Shown: in pieces, positions 38,281-48,271 of the stretch
Numbering within the stretch: position 1 is the first letter of the stretch
Layout: every line of letters begins with the position of its first letter
From: an uncultured Nitrososphaerota archaeon
GTDB lineage: Archaea > Thermoproteota > EX4484-205 > JAAOZP01
Direction: 5' to 3'
DNA: 64,000 nt
Assembly (NCBI GenBank): GCA_964416155.1
Contig: CAYQCW010000001.1
Span: 160,001 to 224,000 of the forward strand
Notes under the pieces: generated by a model
Databases searched by the model: none
What the model was told of the DNA's origin: nothing
Seen by the model: only the letters and a program-made list of their open reading frames with translations
Position numbers and translations under genes: made by a program

Positions 38281-40290
38281 CTAGACCGGGAACAATACAT
38301 ATTTAACCAGTATTGTTTCAAAAGTTAGAGCCGTCATTATAATGCTCTTCATAAGAATCGTTAAAGAGGGGCCGGCCACATCTTTAAGCGGGTCTCCAAA
38401 AGTATCACCCGTCACGACTGCGGACCGCAGATCCTCATCATTGCTTCCAGACAATTCGAAAATCTTCTTAGTGTTGTCGAAAGCCCCCCCTATGAGGATA
38501 TATTTAATCCCTAAGATGGCGCTTGAACCCAGCAAGCCTATAAGCATGCCGGCTAAAGCATTAACCCCGAAGAGCAGCCCGAAGCCGAGGAACACGGCCT
38601 CAGCGATTAAAACCGGCGGGATCATCTGCCTCAAAGCGTTTAGCGTCGCTATTTTAACACACCTATCATAAGCAGGAGTATTTAACCCGGAGAGTATCTC
38701 AGGTTTCTCTCTAAATTGCTTCCTCACCTCGTCAACCATCACTTGAGTCGTAGAGTTCACCGCGCTCATTATGTATGAGGAGAAGAGGAATGGGATAGCT
38801 ATGCCTATTAGGAGGCCAGCCGTGTGAAACGGGTTCGTCAAGTCAACAGGCCTTTTGCCAACAACGTAATAATAGGTCATTAAGGCTATGAACGCTGTGA
38901 AGGTGCCGCTCGCCAGGGCAAAAGCCTTCGTGTATGCTTTAGTAGTGTTTCCAATGGCGTCAAGAGCGTCGAACGCTCCATTATTACCTTCACCACACAT
39001 CTCGTTTATTCCGCCGGCATTGTCAACTATCGGCCCGAAAGCATCCCAAGCCATAACTGTCCCTATGAGTATGTCCGTCCCCAAGTTTGCTGCCACCAGA
39101 CCGTAAATATTGCCTGTGACTAGGTAAGAAAAAATCGCGGCGGTTGAAACCAGGAACACCGGTATTACCGCCCCCCTTAAACCATAGGCTAAGCCATTTA
39201 TCATGTTTATGGCAGCACCCCTTTTAGCCGACTCATACATGCTTTTAACCGGCGAGGAGTTTACACCAGTGTAATGGTTTGAGACGACAGCCATGAGCAG
39301 TGTCACGATCAACCCGCTTAACCCAGCGTAGAAAAGGGCGACATCCCTCATGAAGAGGGTTGAAACGAAGAAGAGACCTACTGCTGAAGAAACCGTTGAG
39401 ACAACTAGGCTCATCAGAAAACTCTTCGCAGGATTGCTGATTTTAAGCGCAACCATAATGCTGATTATGGTGGAAAGCAACCCTACTGAAAGAAAGAGCG
39501 GCGAGAACAGGAGGATCATATGCCCATACTTATCCAAGAATCCTAGTCCTATTATCATACTAGTAACCATGTCTCCGCTTAGAGTTTCGAACAGGTCGGC
39601 ACCTCTTCCAGCACAGTCGCCAACATTATCCCCGACCAAGTCAGCGATCACCGCTGGGTTACGAGGATCATCCTCAGTAAGCCCGTATTCAAGCTTTCCA
39701 ACCAGGTCGGCGCCGATGTCTGCACTCTTGGTGAATATCCCGCCGCCTATCTGGATGAAGATTGCAGTCAGGCTGGCACCCATTGCGTATCCTGTTAGAA
39801 ACTCTACGCTGAGCCCAGACGAGTCCTGCCCTATGAGTGAAACCAAGATTAATACTCCGAGCAGGCTCAGGCTTGCAACCGAAAGGCCCGTCACCGAGCC
39901 TCCGCTTAAAGCTGTTTTCAAACCTTTAGAGACGTTCCCGTTTACCGATTCCATTGTCCTAGCGTTTGCCTTTACAGCCACCTTCATCCCTGTGAAACCC
40001 GAGGCTAGAGACAATGCTGCTCCAAGCATGAAAGCGAATGCGGCCTTAACCCCAAGGAGAATCAGGAGAAGAATGGTTACGGCAGCGTCGAAAACTATGA
40101 TGACGGAATACTCTGTGCGGAGAAACGCTGAGGCGCCTGATTCAATGTAGCTAGCTATTCTGGCTGCTCGAGGGTTTTTCATTTGATGTTTAAGAACATT
40201 AAGAGCTAAAACTATGATTGCGAGCAAGCTCGCTAAAACGGAGCCCGAAACGATTATCTCCGAGGCAGACGGAAGTCCTGTTGCAGTCAA
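38281..40290 (-). CDS. hppA: Membrane-bound H+-translocating pyrophosphatase (K+-independent signature)
   Basis: GGGIFTKSADIGADLVGK, EDDPRN, GDNVGD, DNAGG, GNTTKA, GDTFGDPLKD. Confidence 0.93.
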   Translation of the reverse strand: MTATGLPSASEIIVSGSVLASLLAIIVLALNVLKHQMKNPRAARIASYIESGASAFLRTEYSVIIVFDAAVTILLLILLGVKAAFAFMLGAALSLASGFTGMKVAVKANARTMESVNGNVSKGLKTALSGGSVTGLSVASLSLLGVLILVSLIGQDSSGLSVEFLTGYAMGASLTAIFIQIGGGIFTKSADIGADLVGKLEYGLTEDDPRNPAVIADLVGDNVGDCAGRGADLFETLSGDMVTSMIIGLGFLDKYGHMILLFSPLFLSVGLLSTIISIMVALKISNPAKSFLMSLVVSTVSSAVGLFFVSTLFMRDVALFYAGLSGLIVTLLMAVVSNHYTGVNSSPVKSMYESAKRGAAINMINGLAYGLRGAVIPVFLVSTAAIFSYLVTGNIYGLVAANLGTDILIGTVMAWDAFGPIVDNAGGINEMCGEGNNGAFDALDAIGNTTKAYTKAFALASGTFTAFIALMTYYYVVGKRPVDLTNPFHTAGLLIGIAIPFLFSSYIMSAVNSTTQVMVDEVRKQFREKPEILSGLNTPAYDRCVKIATLNALRQMIPPVLIAEAVFLGFGLLFGVNALAGMLIGLLGSSAILGIKYILIGGAFDNTKKIFELSGSNDEDLRSAVVTGDTFGDPLKDVAGPSLTILMKSIIMTALTFETILVKYVLFPV

Positions 40291-40436
40291 CCTGAGCCAC
40301 CATGTCCACCGGTTAAGCCTCTCCCAGAGTCGGGCTATTTTTAAACATTACGTATGGAATGTCAACGCTTTTAGAACATGTTCCCCCGATTTCCCCCTTT
40401 GAAAGCTTTAATAATATAGTTTTAAACCATACCGGC

Positions 40437-40946
40437 ATGAGGAGAATCCTGCTTGTTTCTCATTGCATACTTAACCCGTATAGTAGGGCAGTGGGATTAC
40501 TGCGGGAGGAAAAAGTGAAAGCATCCAGGAGGATTATCGGAGCCCTTCTACAGGATTTGGAAACAGGAGTAATACAGCTCCCCTGTCCAGAACTACTCTA
40601 CGAAGGTTTAGGCAGGAAGCCGGCTGCTAGAGAATCCTATGATAACCCTGAGTTTAGAGAAATATGCAAGAAGATAGCTGACCAAGCCGCGAAAATTGCG
40701 GCAGAATACGAGCGTGAAGGCGTCAGAATCACGGCATACTTGGGCGTAGAGGGAAGCCCGTCCTGCGGTGTCGAATGGACCCATTTTATGACCGATAAGC
40801 CGGAGAAGGGTAGAGGAGTTTTCACAGAGATTCTTTACGAGGCTATGAGCAATGCTGGGATCAAGATTAGTCTTCTAGGCTTGCCTGAAAAGGAGAAGTA
40901 CGGGAGCCTGGAGGAGCTTTCGAGGAAGCTTGAAGCATTAACGTAG
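40437..40946 (+). CDS. DUF523-family Fe-S protein (thiouracil desulfidase-like)
   Basis: SHCILN, QLPCPE, GSPSCG, GRGVF. ATG 40437 lies downstream of a TATA-like element. Confidence 0.8.
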   Translation: MRRILLVSHCILNPYSRAVGLLREEKVKASRRIIGALLQDLETGVIQLPCPELLYEGLGRKPAARESYDNPEFREICKKIADQAAKIAAEYEREGVRITAYLGVEGSPSCGVEWTHFMTDKPEKGRGVFTEILYEAMSNAGIKISLLGLPEKEKYGSLEELSRKLEALT

Positions 40947-41003
40947 AGAAATTTATTAACGAGAGCAAACCTTTTTAAAACACCTTAAAGCGATGCTGTA
41001 GGC

Positions 41004-41849
41004 ATGGATTACGGTTTCGACACGTGGATATACTCTATACTTGATGTTGAGAAGGCTCTTGGAAGGCTTAGCGAAAAGGGCTTAGGGTTTGTTGAATTGT
41101 CTTACGAACACTTGTCTAAGATTTTTAAAGATGAAACTGTTGACTTGAAGGCTTTGAGAAACATTAAGGAGGCTGCGGACAGCCTTGGCGTCAGTATTAT
41201 TCAAGTCCACGGGCCTTTTGGAGAAATCGATTTAGAACTGGCTTCAGAAGACTCTTCCCAGAGGGAGAGGGCGCTTAGAAAAATCTTCAACTGGATCAAG
41301 TATACTGGCGAGCTCGAATGGGGTGTGCTTGTGCTACATACTGCGAGGATAAGAGTTTCAGAGAAACACGATTTCCAGAGGCTTGTTGAGAAGACTAGGC
41401 TTGCCAATTTGAGGTTTTTCAAAGAGGTTTCCAAATACGCTTCAGAGCACGGTGTTAAGATAGCTGTGGAAAACAGGCTTGAACCCTGCTATGGCTCTCT
41501 GCCCAAAGATCTCTTAGAATTGGTTGAGGAGACTGGCAGTGAAAGCATAGGAATATGCTTTGATACTGGGCATGCTAATGTGAACAAGCTGAGTGCATCT
41601 TCAATGGTTGAAATACTTAGAGGGCATCTCATAGCTACTCACATCCATGATAACGATGGCCATCATGATCAGCACTTGCCTCCTTTAATGGGAAGTATAA
41701 ACTGGGACCAGGTGATAAATGCTTTCTCAAGAGTAGGCTATGGGAAGCCTTTGATCCTAGAGATCCACGAGTATGGTAGACTGGATCTGGATGACAATGT
41801 AGTCAGAGCAACCACAACCCTGATGAACAGCCTACTTGGAAAAAGCTAA
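41004..41849 (+). CDS. Sugar-phosphate isomerase/epimerase (AP endonuclease 2 fold)
   Basis: QVHGP, VEN, DTGHAN, HIHDNDG..DQHL, LILEI. Confidence 0.88.
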   Translation: MDYGFDTWIYSILDVEKALGRLSEKGLGFVELSYEHLSKIFKDETVDLKALRNIKEAADSLGVSIIQVHGPFGEIDLELASEDSSQRERALRKIFNWIKYTGELEWGVLVLHTARIRVSEKHDFQRLVEKTRLANLRFFKEVSKYASEHGVKIAVENRLEPCYGSLPKDLLELVEETGSESIGICFDTGHANVNKLSASSMVEILRGHLIATHIHDNDGHHDQHLPPLMGSINWDQVINAFSRVGYGKPLILEIHEYGRLDLDDNVVRATTTLMNSLLGKS

Positions 41850-41963
41850 CTAGTTCTATTTGAACTAGATGAGGTTCTACTGCTTGAACCGTCATAATTA
41901 GGACTCACGTTTATCAAATCTTTATCACCGGCTTTCTCAACCCGGAGGTTGACTGTTTTCAAA

Positions 41964-43220
41964 TCATGCTGCGCGCGCTAGCCCGTTCGCAACGAGGAAT
42001 GCCTTAACCTGTTGAATATAATCCGGTTTCACAGTAATGTTTACGGGGAGTGTTGAAACATACGCTGCCAAGGTTGATCTTGAAACCTCCGTCCAGTCAT
42101 CTACGTTCCCAACCTGGTAGACACCTATCCTACTGGTTTGAGGATTATAAAACACAACCATGGTGACGTAGGCCACTTGAGCGCTTATCGAGTAAAACGG
42201 TAGTATAAATAGCGGTGTGTTATTAACAAGCCGACCATAAGGCTGCCCTCAACCCATGACCCCGCGCGTCTGGTGTAGAGTCAATATTTGTTGAACAGCA
42301 GGATGGTGAAGAATACTTTCCATTATCGCGAAGCCTCGGAACCCTGTTTTGAAACAGGATGAACTCCTTACTGCCAGGAGTGAAAACATAAGCGCCGACA
42401 ATGTTCACGGAATCTCCGGGGTTCTGCTGATAGTTCTCAACTATGCACAGGGCCACGTACCGGTTTTCCAAGGAAACGTATCTTATGTCGAAAACGCTTT
42501 GCGAATATATTCTTCCACTGGAGTCTCTAGGATAGTCCAGCATACCTGTGCTCCTATACTAGGAGTCGTAATCCGAGCTTTAAATCCTGTAAGTATTGTA
42601 AACGTCTATTATGCTTCACATAATGTTTTTAATGTATCTTACCTGCGGCTTAAGCCAAGACGGTATTGGCCTAACCCAAGAAGGATATAGGGATTTAAGC
42701 GCGTTAACAACATAGTTATCACTGTTCAAGGACTCATATGTAGCCTTGAATACTGACGTCTGAAACGTTTACCGGATTATGGAGAAAAGCCTTCTCAAGC
42801 AGCCTCCGTTTTCCACGCCATACTTCTCCGTGGCAGCGTAGCCAGTGTAAACAGGCTTCTCAACAAAGGTTTAGAAAGCAAGGTAAAGATTCCCGTCGGG
42901 GTCTACAACCGGATATGGTGCTGGCACACCCGTCCTAGGGTCGGTTTCAACGACTAGAAGCGGCGCTTTTATCGCTGAAATCCTTTCGCAAGCGCCTCTA
43001 GTGATCAAAGCGTTTAAAGCATCCCCGTAGCCTCCTGAAGCTATGTCGAGCCTTCCTTTAAGAAGGAAGTAGGCCGCGCGAACCCATCCTGAGAAAACAT
43101 AGTCAGGCGGGCCGGTGTATTTCACAGTTCCAGCTTCCCTCCATTTGCCCGTGTCAACGAACACTATTTCCCTTTCTCTGAAAAGCCCCCCCTAGACCAT
43201 AGTATACGGGAGGCGCGCGC
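41964..43220 (-). pseudogene. C-terminal remnant of a UPF0182-like membrane protein
   Basis: Conceptual translation: PVYYG, YTGPPD, PYPVVD, YPSW..PIPSWLKPQVRY, YNTY, LFILPFY..VTMVVFY. Five in-frame stops plus frameshifts. Confidence 0.65.
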
Positions 43221-43311
43221 TACCCAGCAAGCTTTTAAGCTTATCTTAGGGGAACTGTTTTTGCGAAAGCACCTAAGGTTTTTAACCCTCCAACCCGACA
43301 ATGACGCGGCC

Positions 43312-44310
43312 TTGAGCAGAACACTTGGCAAGGTTCCTCCGAGAATACTTGAGAGAATAGTGTTTTCAAACCTCGGTGCCACCAGCAGGAGAGTTATTGT
43401 CGGCCCAGGCATAGGCGTCGACAACAGCGTGATATCTTTAGATGGTGTTAAGATAATTGTTTCAAGCGACCCTGTTACGGGAGCTAGGGAGAACCTAGGC
43501 AGGATTGGCGTCGACGTTTCAACCAACGACGTAGCACTCACAGGGGTGAAGCCGGAGTTTCTCCTCATCGTGCTGATCCTCCCTCCTGCAGCTAGCCATG
43601 AGGAGATCAGGAGGATAATGAGGCAGGCCAGCGTTGAGGCCGAGAGGCTTGGGGTCGCTATTGTTGGTGGGCACACGGAGTACGCAAGTATCGTGGAGAA
43701 CCCTGTTTTCGTGGGGACGGCAATAGGATGGACTAGGCGTAGGAGGCTTATTACGTCAAGCGGAGCTAAAGCCGGTGAAAACATAGTGATGGTTGGGGAG
43801 GCTGGTGTTGAAGGAACCTCCATTCTCGCTTCCGACCTTAGGGAGAAGCTGGTGGATAAGGGTGTTCCGTCGCAAGTCTTGGGGAGAGCGAGAAGGCTTG
43901 TTAAAAACCTGAGCATAGTTGAGCCCGCGCTGGTCTCCGCAGAATATGCTTCAGCAATGCATGACCCTACTGAAGGCGGTGTGCTCGGCGGTATATTCGA
44001 AATATGCGAAGCCTCTGGGAAGGGATGCGTCATAAACATTCAGTCAATACCAGTCAGGAGGGAGACTAGAATAATATGCGAGAGGCTTGGGATAGACCCT
44101 CTTAGGCTCGTAAGCTCCGGAACCCTTTTGGCAACAGTGAGCGAGTCTAAAACAGCGAGGCTGCTGAGAAAGCTTCACGAGAGGGGTTTTAAGGCACGCG
44201 TCATAGGAAGGGTGACGAGAAACAGGGGTGAAAAGATTGGGCTACTCGGCAGTGGAGAAATCAGGATAAACGAGCTTCCTCAAGACGAGCTTTGGAAAGC
44301 TATCGGCTGA
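43312..44310 (+). CDS. AIR synthase-related (HypE/ThiL/PurM-fold) protein
   Basis: GKVPP, GPGIGVD, SSDP, NDVA, GGHTE, MHDPTEGG, DPLRLVSSG, DELW. Likely TTG start at 43312. Confidence 0.85.
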   Translation: MSRTLGKVPPRILERIVFSNLGATSRRVIVGPGIGVDNSVISLDGVKIIVSSDPVTGARENLGRIGVDVSTNDVALTGVKPEFLLIVLILPPAASHEEIRRIMRQASVEAERLGVAIVGGHTEYASIVENPVFVGTAIGWTRRRRLITSSGAKAGENIVMVGEAGVEGTSILASDLREKLVDKGVPSQVLGRARRLVKNLSIVEPALVSAEYASAMHDPTEGGVLGGIFEICEASGKGCVINIQSIPVRRETRIICERLGIDPLRLVSSGTLLATVSESKTARLLRKLHERGFKARVIGRVTRNRGEKIGLLGSGEIRINELPQDELWKAIG

Positions 44311-45046
44311 ATAACCTTGGCTGACCTATCCTCCTCCTAACCGCGTTGTAAAGCGGCACAGCTATAAGCGTCCCAAGGAAGGCTTGAGCAAAGTTCGCAG
44401 GCACCTCGAATATTGCTCCCAGCTGATATAGGAAAAGCTGATAGAAGAAGTATCCTAAAACCATTTCGAAACCCCCTATGAAACACGGCACTATTAACAA
44501 CAGGTTCTCCCTGTAAACTCTCAATATAAAGATCAGCGAAGCCGCTAGAACAATAAGGATTGAGAAGAGGATAGGTTGATAGGCTACTGTAGCAGAGTAT
44601 TTTCCAAGCAACGACACCTCAGCCTCCCCGGAGAAAAGAACTATGACTAATATTATTCCGAGAATCACTGCGGGAACCGGTAGGAAAACAGTTAAGAGGC
44701 GAGTGCTACGGGACTCGCTTCGCGCGAAAACCTCGTGGAGGAAGCCGGTTAGAAAGCCTTCAACACCTTTAATGATCAGGGTGGCGGGAGCATACACAGT
44801 ATACCCTAAGAATAGGTCGCTCAGCATAGATCCTAATCCGCCTGCGACAAACCCTACAAAGGGGCCGAATAATAAAGCGGTTAGGAAGACCATGGAGTCA
44901 CCCAGGTTAAAGTATCCCCTAGTTGCCGGAATGTAGATTGAGATGGATGCTGTCGCCACTAAGACCAGTGTGGTAGACAGGGCTGTTGAAGAGACAAGCC
45001 TAGCCTTTGAATCGTTTCGGCCGAGCACGAGTAGAGAATCCACCAA
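44300..45046 (-). CDS. ECF transporter S component
   Basis: GYFNLGD, GLGSMLSD, APATLIIKG, EMVLGYF; multiple TMs. Confidence 0.85.
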   Translation of the reverse strand: MVDSLLVLGRNDSKARLVSSTALSTTLVLVATASISIYIPATRGYFNLGDSMVFLTALLFGPFVGFVAGGLGSMLSDLFLGYTVYAPATLIIKGVEGFLTGFLHEVFARSESRSTRLLTVFLPVPAVILGIILVIVLFSGEAEVSLLGKYSATVAYQPILFSILIVLAASLIFILRVYRENLLLIVPCFIGGFEMVLGYFFYQLFLYQLGAIFEVPANFAQAFLGTLIAVPLYNAVRRRIGQPRLFSR

Positions 45047-45198
45047 TGGAATAAAAAACTTACCTTCATATCATCTTATATTAAGGTCTCTGTCTTTAGC
45101 GCACTACCCCCATACTTTGAATAGGGTTTCGGTTTCCAGGCATGGGCCCATCCCGCGGCTTCAGGGCTGCGTAAAGCCCGCTAAGCTACTTCTCAATC

Positions 45199-46020
45199 TT
45201 ACTGTTTCAAAGCCAGTTTCAAAAGGTAGCATGCTGAAAACAGGATGATCGAGACTAAGGCTATTGCGCCGCTAGTCGGAATATCGTAGAGCAATGATAC
45301 TGCAATACCCCCCAGCCCAGATATAACTTCAACTATGAAAGCCGCTAGCAGCATCATGCCTACGCGGCGGGCTAGCAGCCTCGAGACCGCTGCAGGGATT
45401 ACGAGAAGCGTGACGGAAAGAAGAATGCCCATGGTTCTCGCCACGACAGCGGCAGTTATCGCTGAAACAGCGAATAGCAGCGAGTCGTATAGTCCAGTTT
45501 TAAGGCCGAATGATTCAGCAGTCTCAATGTCGAAGCAAATATAGATAAACTCCCCGTAAAACATTATGGTGGCAATCAGTGCAACGGTTGATGCAGCCGC
45601 CAGGCTGAGCACATCCATTTCTGAAAGTAGTAGAAGGTCGCTCACAAGATAACTGTCAACCAAAATCCTCCTGTCTATCGGCAGGTAGCTTCTTATGATC
45701 GTGTAGAGCATCACGCTTACAGCAAGGGAAACGCTGAGCATCATGCCCAAGGCTTGCTGACTGCTCCTACCGACACGGGAAACAAGTATGGATGTTGCCA
45801 CGCAGAATACTATTGCAAATACAAACGGGTCTCCCACCCCTGGAAGAAAAGCCTGGATTAAAACACCTACTGCTGCACCCCCTAAGGCGGCGTGTGAAAT
45901 CTCAGGAGTAATGTAGAGAGCTCCTCTTAAAAGCATGATTGCTGAAATCGGTGCTGAGAACGATGTGAAAATAACCCCTAGGATTGCTCTTAAAACAAAC
46001 GGGTCAAGCATGTTTATCAC
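45199..46020 (-). CDS. Mn/Zn ABC transporter permease
   Basis: ISHAALGG, FDIETAESFG, LLVIPAAVS, GGIAVS..DIPTS. Confidence 0.9.
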   Translation of the reverse strand: MINMLDPFVLRAILGVIFTSFSAPISAIMLLRGALYITPEISHAALGGAAVGVLIQAFLPGVGDPFVFAIVFCVATSILVSRVGRSSQQALGMMLSVSLAVSVMLYTIIRSYLPIDRRILVDSYLVSDLLLLSEMDVLSLAAASTVALIATIMFYGEFIYICFDIETAESFGLKTGLYDSLLFAVSAITAAVVARTMGILLSVTLLVIPAAVSRLLARRVGMMLLAAFIVEVISGLGGIAVSLLYDIPTSGAIALVSIILFSACYLLKLALKQ

Positions 46021-46783
46021 CCAGTATTAAGATCCTTCGACCCTCTCTTTCAACAGTTCTTAAACAGGGATAGAAAGGTTTCAGCCTATCCTCGCTTAAA
46101 ACCACACTTGGATCGCCGTATAAGCATACAAACCTGTTTAAAACAAGAATCCTGTCGGTAAGCTCTATTATAGGGTCAACCTCGTGATCCACGATAACTA
46201 TGGTTCTTCCCCTCTCCTTCAACGTTTTGAAAACTTTAATCAAGTATTCCTGACTCTCGGAATCTAGCCCTGCGAACACCTCGTCCAGCAGTAGAAGCAG
46301 CGGGTCGGATGCTAATGCCCTCGCTATCAGGACCCTTCTCTGCTGCCCCCCGCTTAGCTCGTTGAAAAAGGACCCCCAGTGTTCCTCCATACCTAAGCAT
46401 GCTAGAGCCCTTCTCGCGGATTCAACATCATCCTTTGAAACAGCTCTGGGAAAACTTTTTCTCAAGACTATCCCCATCAGGACGGCTTCGTTCACCCTTA
46501 ACGGGGTTTCGTAGGAAACCATGTCTTTCTGCGGGACGTAGCCAACGAGCCTTCTGAGCCTGCCGTAGTCAGTCACGGGGTTTAACCCGAGCACTTTAAC
46601 GCTTCCCTTGAAAGGCTTAACCATGCCTAGGAGAAGCCTTAAAAGCGTAGTCTTGCCAGCACCGTTCGGCCCGACGACAGTTATGAACGACGGGGACTCA
46701 ACCTGGAAGCTAACATCCTCCAACGCCATGTACCCATCCAGCCTCACGGAAACGTTTTCGACAGATATCACTGGAACACTCAT
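46004..46783 (-). CDS. Mn/Zn ABC transporter ATPase
   Basis: GPNGAGKT, GYVPQ, LSGGQ, LLLDE. Confidence 0.95.
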   Translation of the reverse strand: MSVPVISVENVSVRLDGYMALEDVSFQVESPSFITVVGPNGAGKTTLLRLLLGMVKPFKGSVKVLGLNPVTDYGRLRRLVGYVPQKDMVSYETPLRVNEAVLMGIVLRKSFPRAVSKDDVESARRALACLGMEEHWGSFFNELSGGQQRRVLIARALASDPLLLLLDEVFAGLDSESQEYLIKVFKTLKERGRTIVIVDHEVDPIIELTDRILVLNRFVCLYGDPSVVLSEDRLKPFYPCLRTVEREGRRILILGDKHA

Positions 46784-47799
46784 GATTTACTCCTCCTAAC
46801 CAAGATTATTGTTTCAAGCACGATCACCAGCAGGGCTGCAAGCGTTGTCAGAAGGTAAATGTTAAGCCCGCTTGAAACAGTACCCCGCTCAGATAAGAGT
46901 GCACCGTAAACCTGCCCAGCATTATAGTACATTACTGAATCGTAATCCTTCACACCGCTTGCCGAAACTACTGAAACGTAAGCTATGTTGCAACCCGTAT
47001 CCTTAGAGACTTCTCGCAGAGCATTCTGGATCCCACTCATCAATAAAGCAGTGTCGGAGACAACTATGCAAGCATACTCTCCAGACTTAAGCCCGTCGTA
47101 AACCCTGCTCAACGATCCTGGGCTTATAGCCTCGCCTTCACCAACCAGCACAGCACCTGCTTTCAAACCCATGGCTTCAACAACGTATTGCTCTTCATAG
47201 AAACCTATGACAACCCTCCTCCCAGACGAACCATGCTTCTCCGAAAGCCTTTCAAGAAAAATCTTTAGAGACGACACTTTCTCCTCGAAAAGCCTGTAGT
47301 TAAACCAGTATTCCTCTGAATGCTCAGGCCTCAAGGTTGAAAGCCTGTCTCTCAGAGCTCTCGCAATCAGGACAGCATTATCGGGCAGAAGCCAGAAGCC
47401 GTGAGTATTCCTCCCTCCCTCCAGCTCAAGAATAGTGCCATTTCTCTCAACCAGCTCAAGCAGGTTTAGCGATATTGAACCGGTTTCAACACCTCTTTCC
47501 TCTGCAACCCGTTTCACAAGGTCCTCCTCCCACTCCATGTGGCCGGTTATAACGATCAGGTCAGCATCGGAAGCGTTTCTCACAACACTGGGAGTAAGGG
47601 TGAAGCCATGTGGCTCAGCATCACCGGGAACAATCGAATAGACTTCCCCAGTACTGCCTGTTACAGAGGAGACAATCGGTCTCAGAATATCCAGCGTGAC
47701 AACTATCTTTGTCTTCCCATCCAGCCTAGCATAAGTAGGCATGGGTAAAAATGTTAGGAGTAACGTGAGGAGCATGATTCCAACCGTGTTCCTCAGCAA
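46780..47799 (-). CDS. Metal ABC substrate-binding protein (ZnuA/TroA-like) with C-terminal TM anchor
   Basis: Signal peptide, EPHGFTLTP, NTHGFW, C-terminal hydrophobic helix followed by RRSKS. Confidence 0.88.
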   Translation of the reverse strand: MLRNTVGIMLLTLLLTFLPMPTYARLDGKTKIVVTLDILRPIVSSVTGSTGEVYSIVPGDAEPHGFTLTPSVVRNASDADLIVITGHMEWEEDLVKRVAEERGVETGSISLNLLELVERNGTILELEGGRNTHGFWLLPDNAVLIARALRDRLSTLRPEHSEEYWFNYRLFEEKVSSLKIFLERLSEKHGSSGRRVVIGFYEEQYVVEAMGLKAGAVLVGEGEAISPGSLSRVYDGLKSGEYACIVVSDTALLMSGIQNALREVSKDTGCNIAYVSVVSASGVKDYDSVMYYNAGQVYGALLSERGTVSSGLNIYLLTTLAALLVIVLETIILVRRSKS

Positions 47800-48242
47800 C
47801 CGGACCTGCCTCCTGGAATATGGTTTCTATGAGGACAGGTCTTAGGATGGCCGAGAGCACTACACATGGAGTCAACAATCTTATCAGGAAGATATTGTTC
47901 AACCATGCTCGCGAATTCGCAAGCATCCTCCAGACTGATTGAAAGAACCCTGTACACGTATGTTTCGAAAACCCTGTGGTTCCTGATTATCCTGTTGACC
48001 TCCTCCAATCCTTTTTTCGAAAGGCTCGCTCCCCTCCAAAGATATCTTTTAAGCATGCCCTTTTCCTCTAGTCTTCCAAGATATTCGCTTGCAGTCGCAC
48101 ATGAAACCCCCATCGCATCCGCTACTTCAAGGCTTCCAACCATATCTCTTCCTGAAAGCAGTTTGAAAACCATCTTAAGATACTCAATCTCTTTCCCAGT
48201 CAGGCTCTTCGAAGCATGTTTTGAAGCTCCCGATTCAGGCAT
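47793..48242 (-). CDS. DtxR/MntR-family metal-dependent repressor
   Basis: EYLK, wHTH, RNHRVFE, LGHPKTCPH. Confidence 0.92.
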   Translation of the reverse strand: MPESGASKHASKSLTGKEIEYLKMVFKLLSGRDMVGSLEVADAMGVSCATASEYLGRLEEKGMLKRYLWRGASLSKKGLEEVNRIIRNHRVFETYVYRVLSISLEDACEFASMVEQYLPDKIVDSMCSALGHPKTCPHRNHIPGGRSGC

Positions 48243-48247
48243 GCGTT

Positions 48248-48271
48248 AATTTTAAGGAAGCTCCTAAATTT
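48248..48271. promoter_or_regulatory. Candidate DtxR-family operator between TATA box and start codon
   Basis: AATTTTAAGGA-AGC-TCCTAAATTT imperfect palindrome; minus-strand GAAAACTTAAAT (BRE/TATA-like) abuts it. Confidence 0.5.

Noticed and set aside
42540-42875. Stop-codon readthrough or Sec/Pyl recoding in the UPF0182-like frame
   Set aside because: All three stop types occur, along with frameshifts and truncation, so this is a pseudogene.
43164-44039. Long antisense ORFs (this 291-aa one; also 39350-40150, 18617-19198, 12901-13440)
   Set aside because: They are shadows of well-supported genes on the opposite strand and carry no family motifs.
45091-45186. Possible H/ACA RNA or hammerhead on the - strand (TTAGCG/CGCTAA stem followed by ACA; CUGA…GAUG K-loop; GAAAC…GUA)
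   Set aside because: The pocket geometry is wrong for H/ACA. The hammerhead core reads CUGAAGC and stems I/II do not form. The translation LSGLYAALKP suggests a coding remnant instead.
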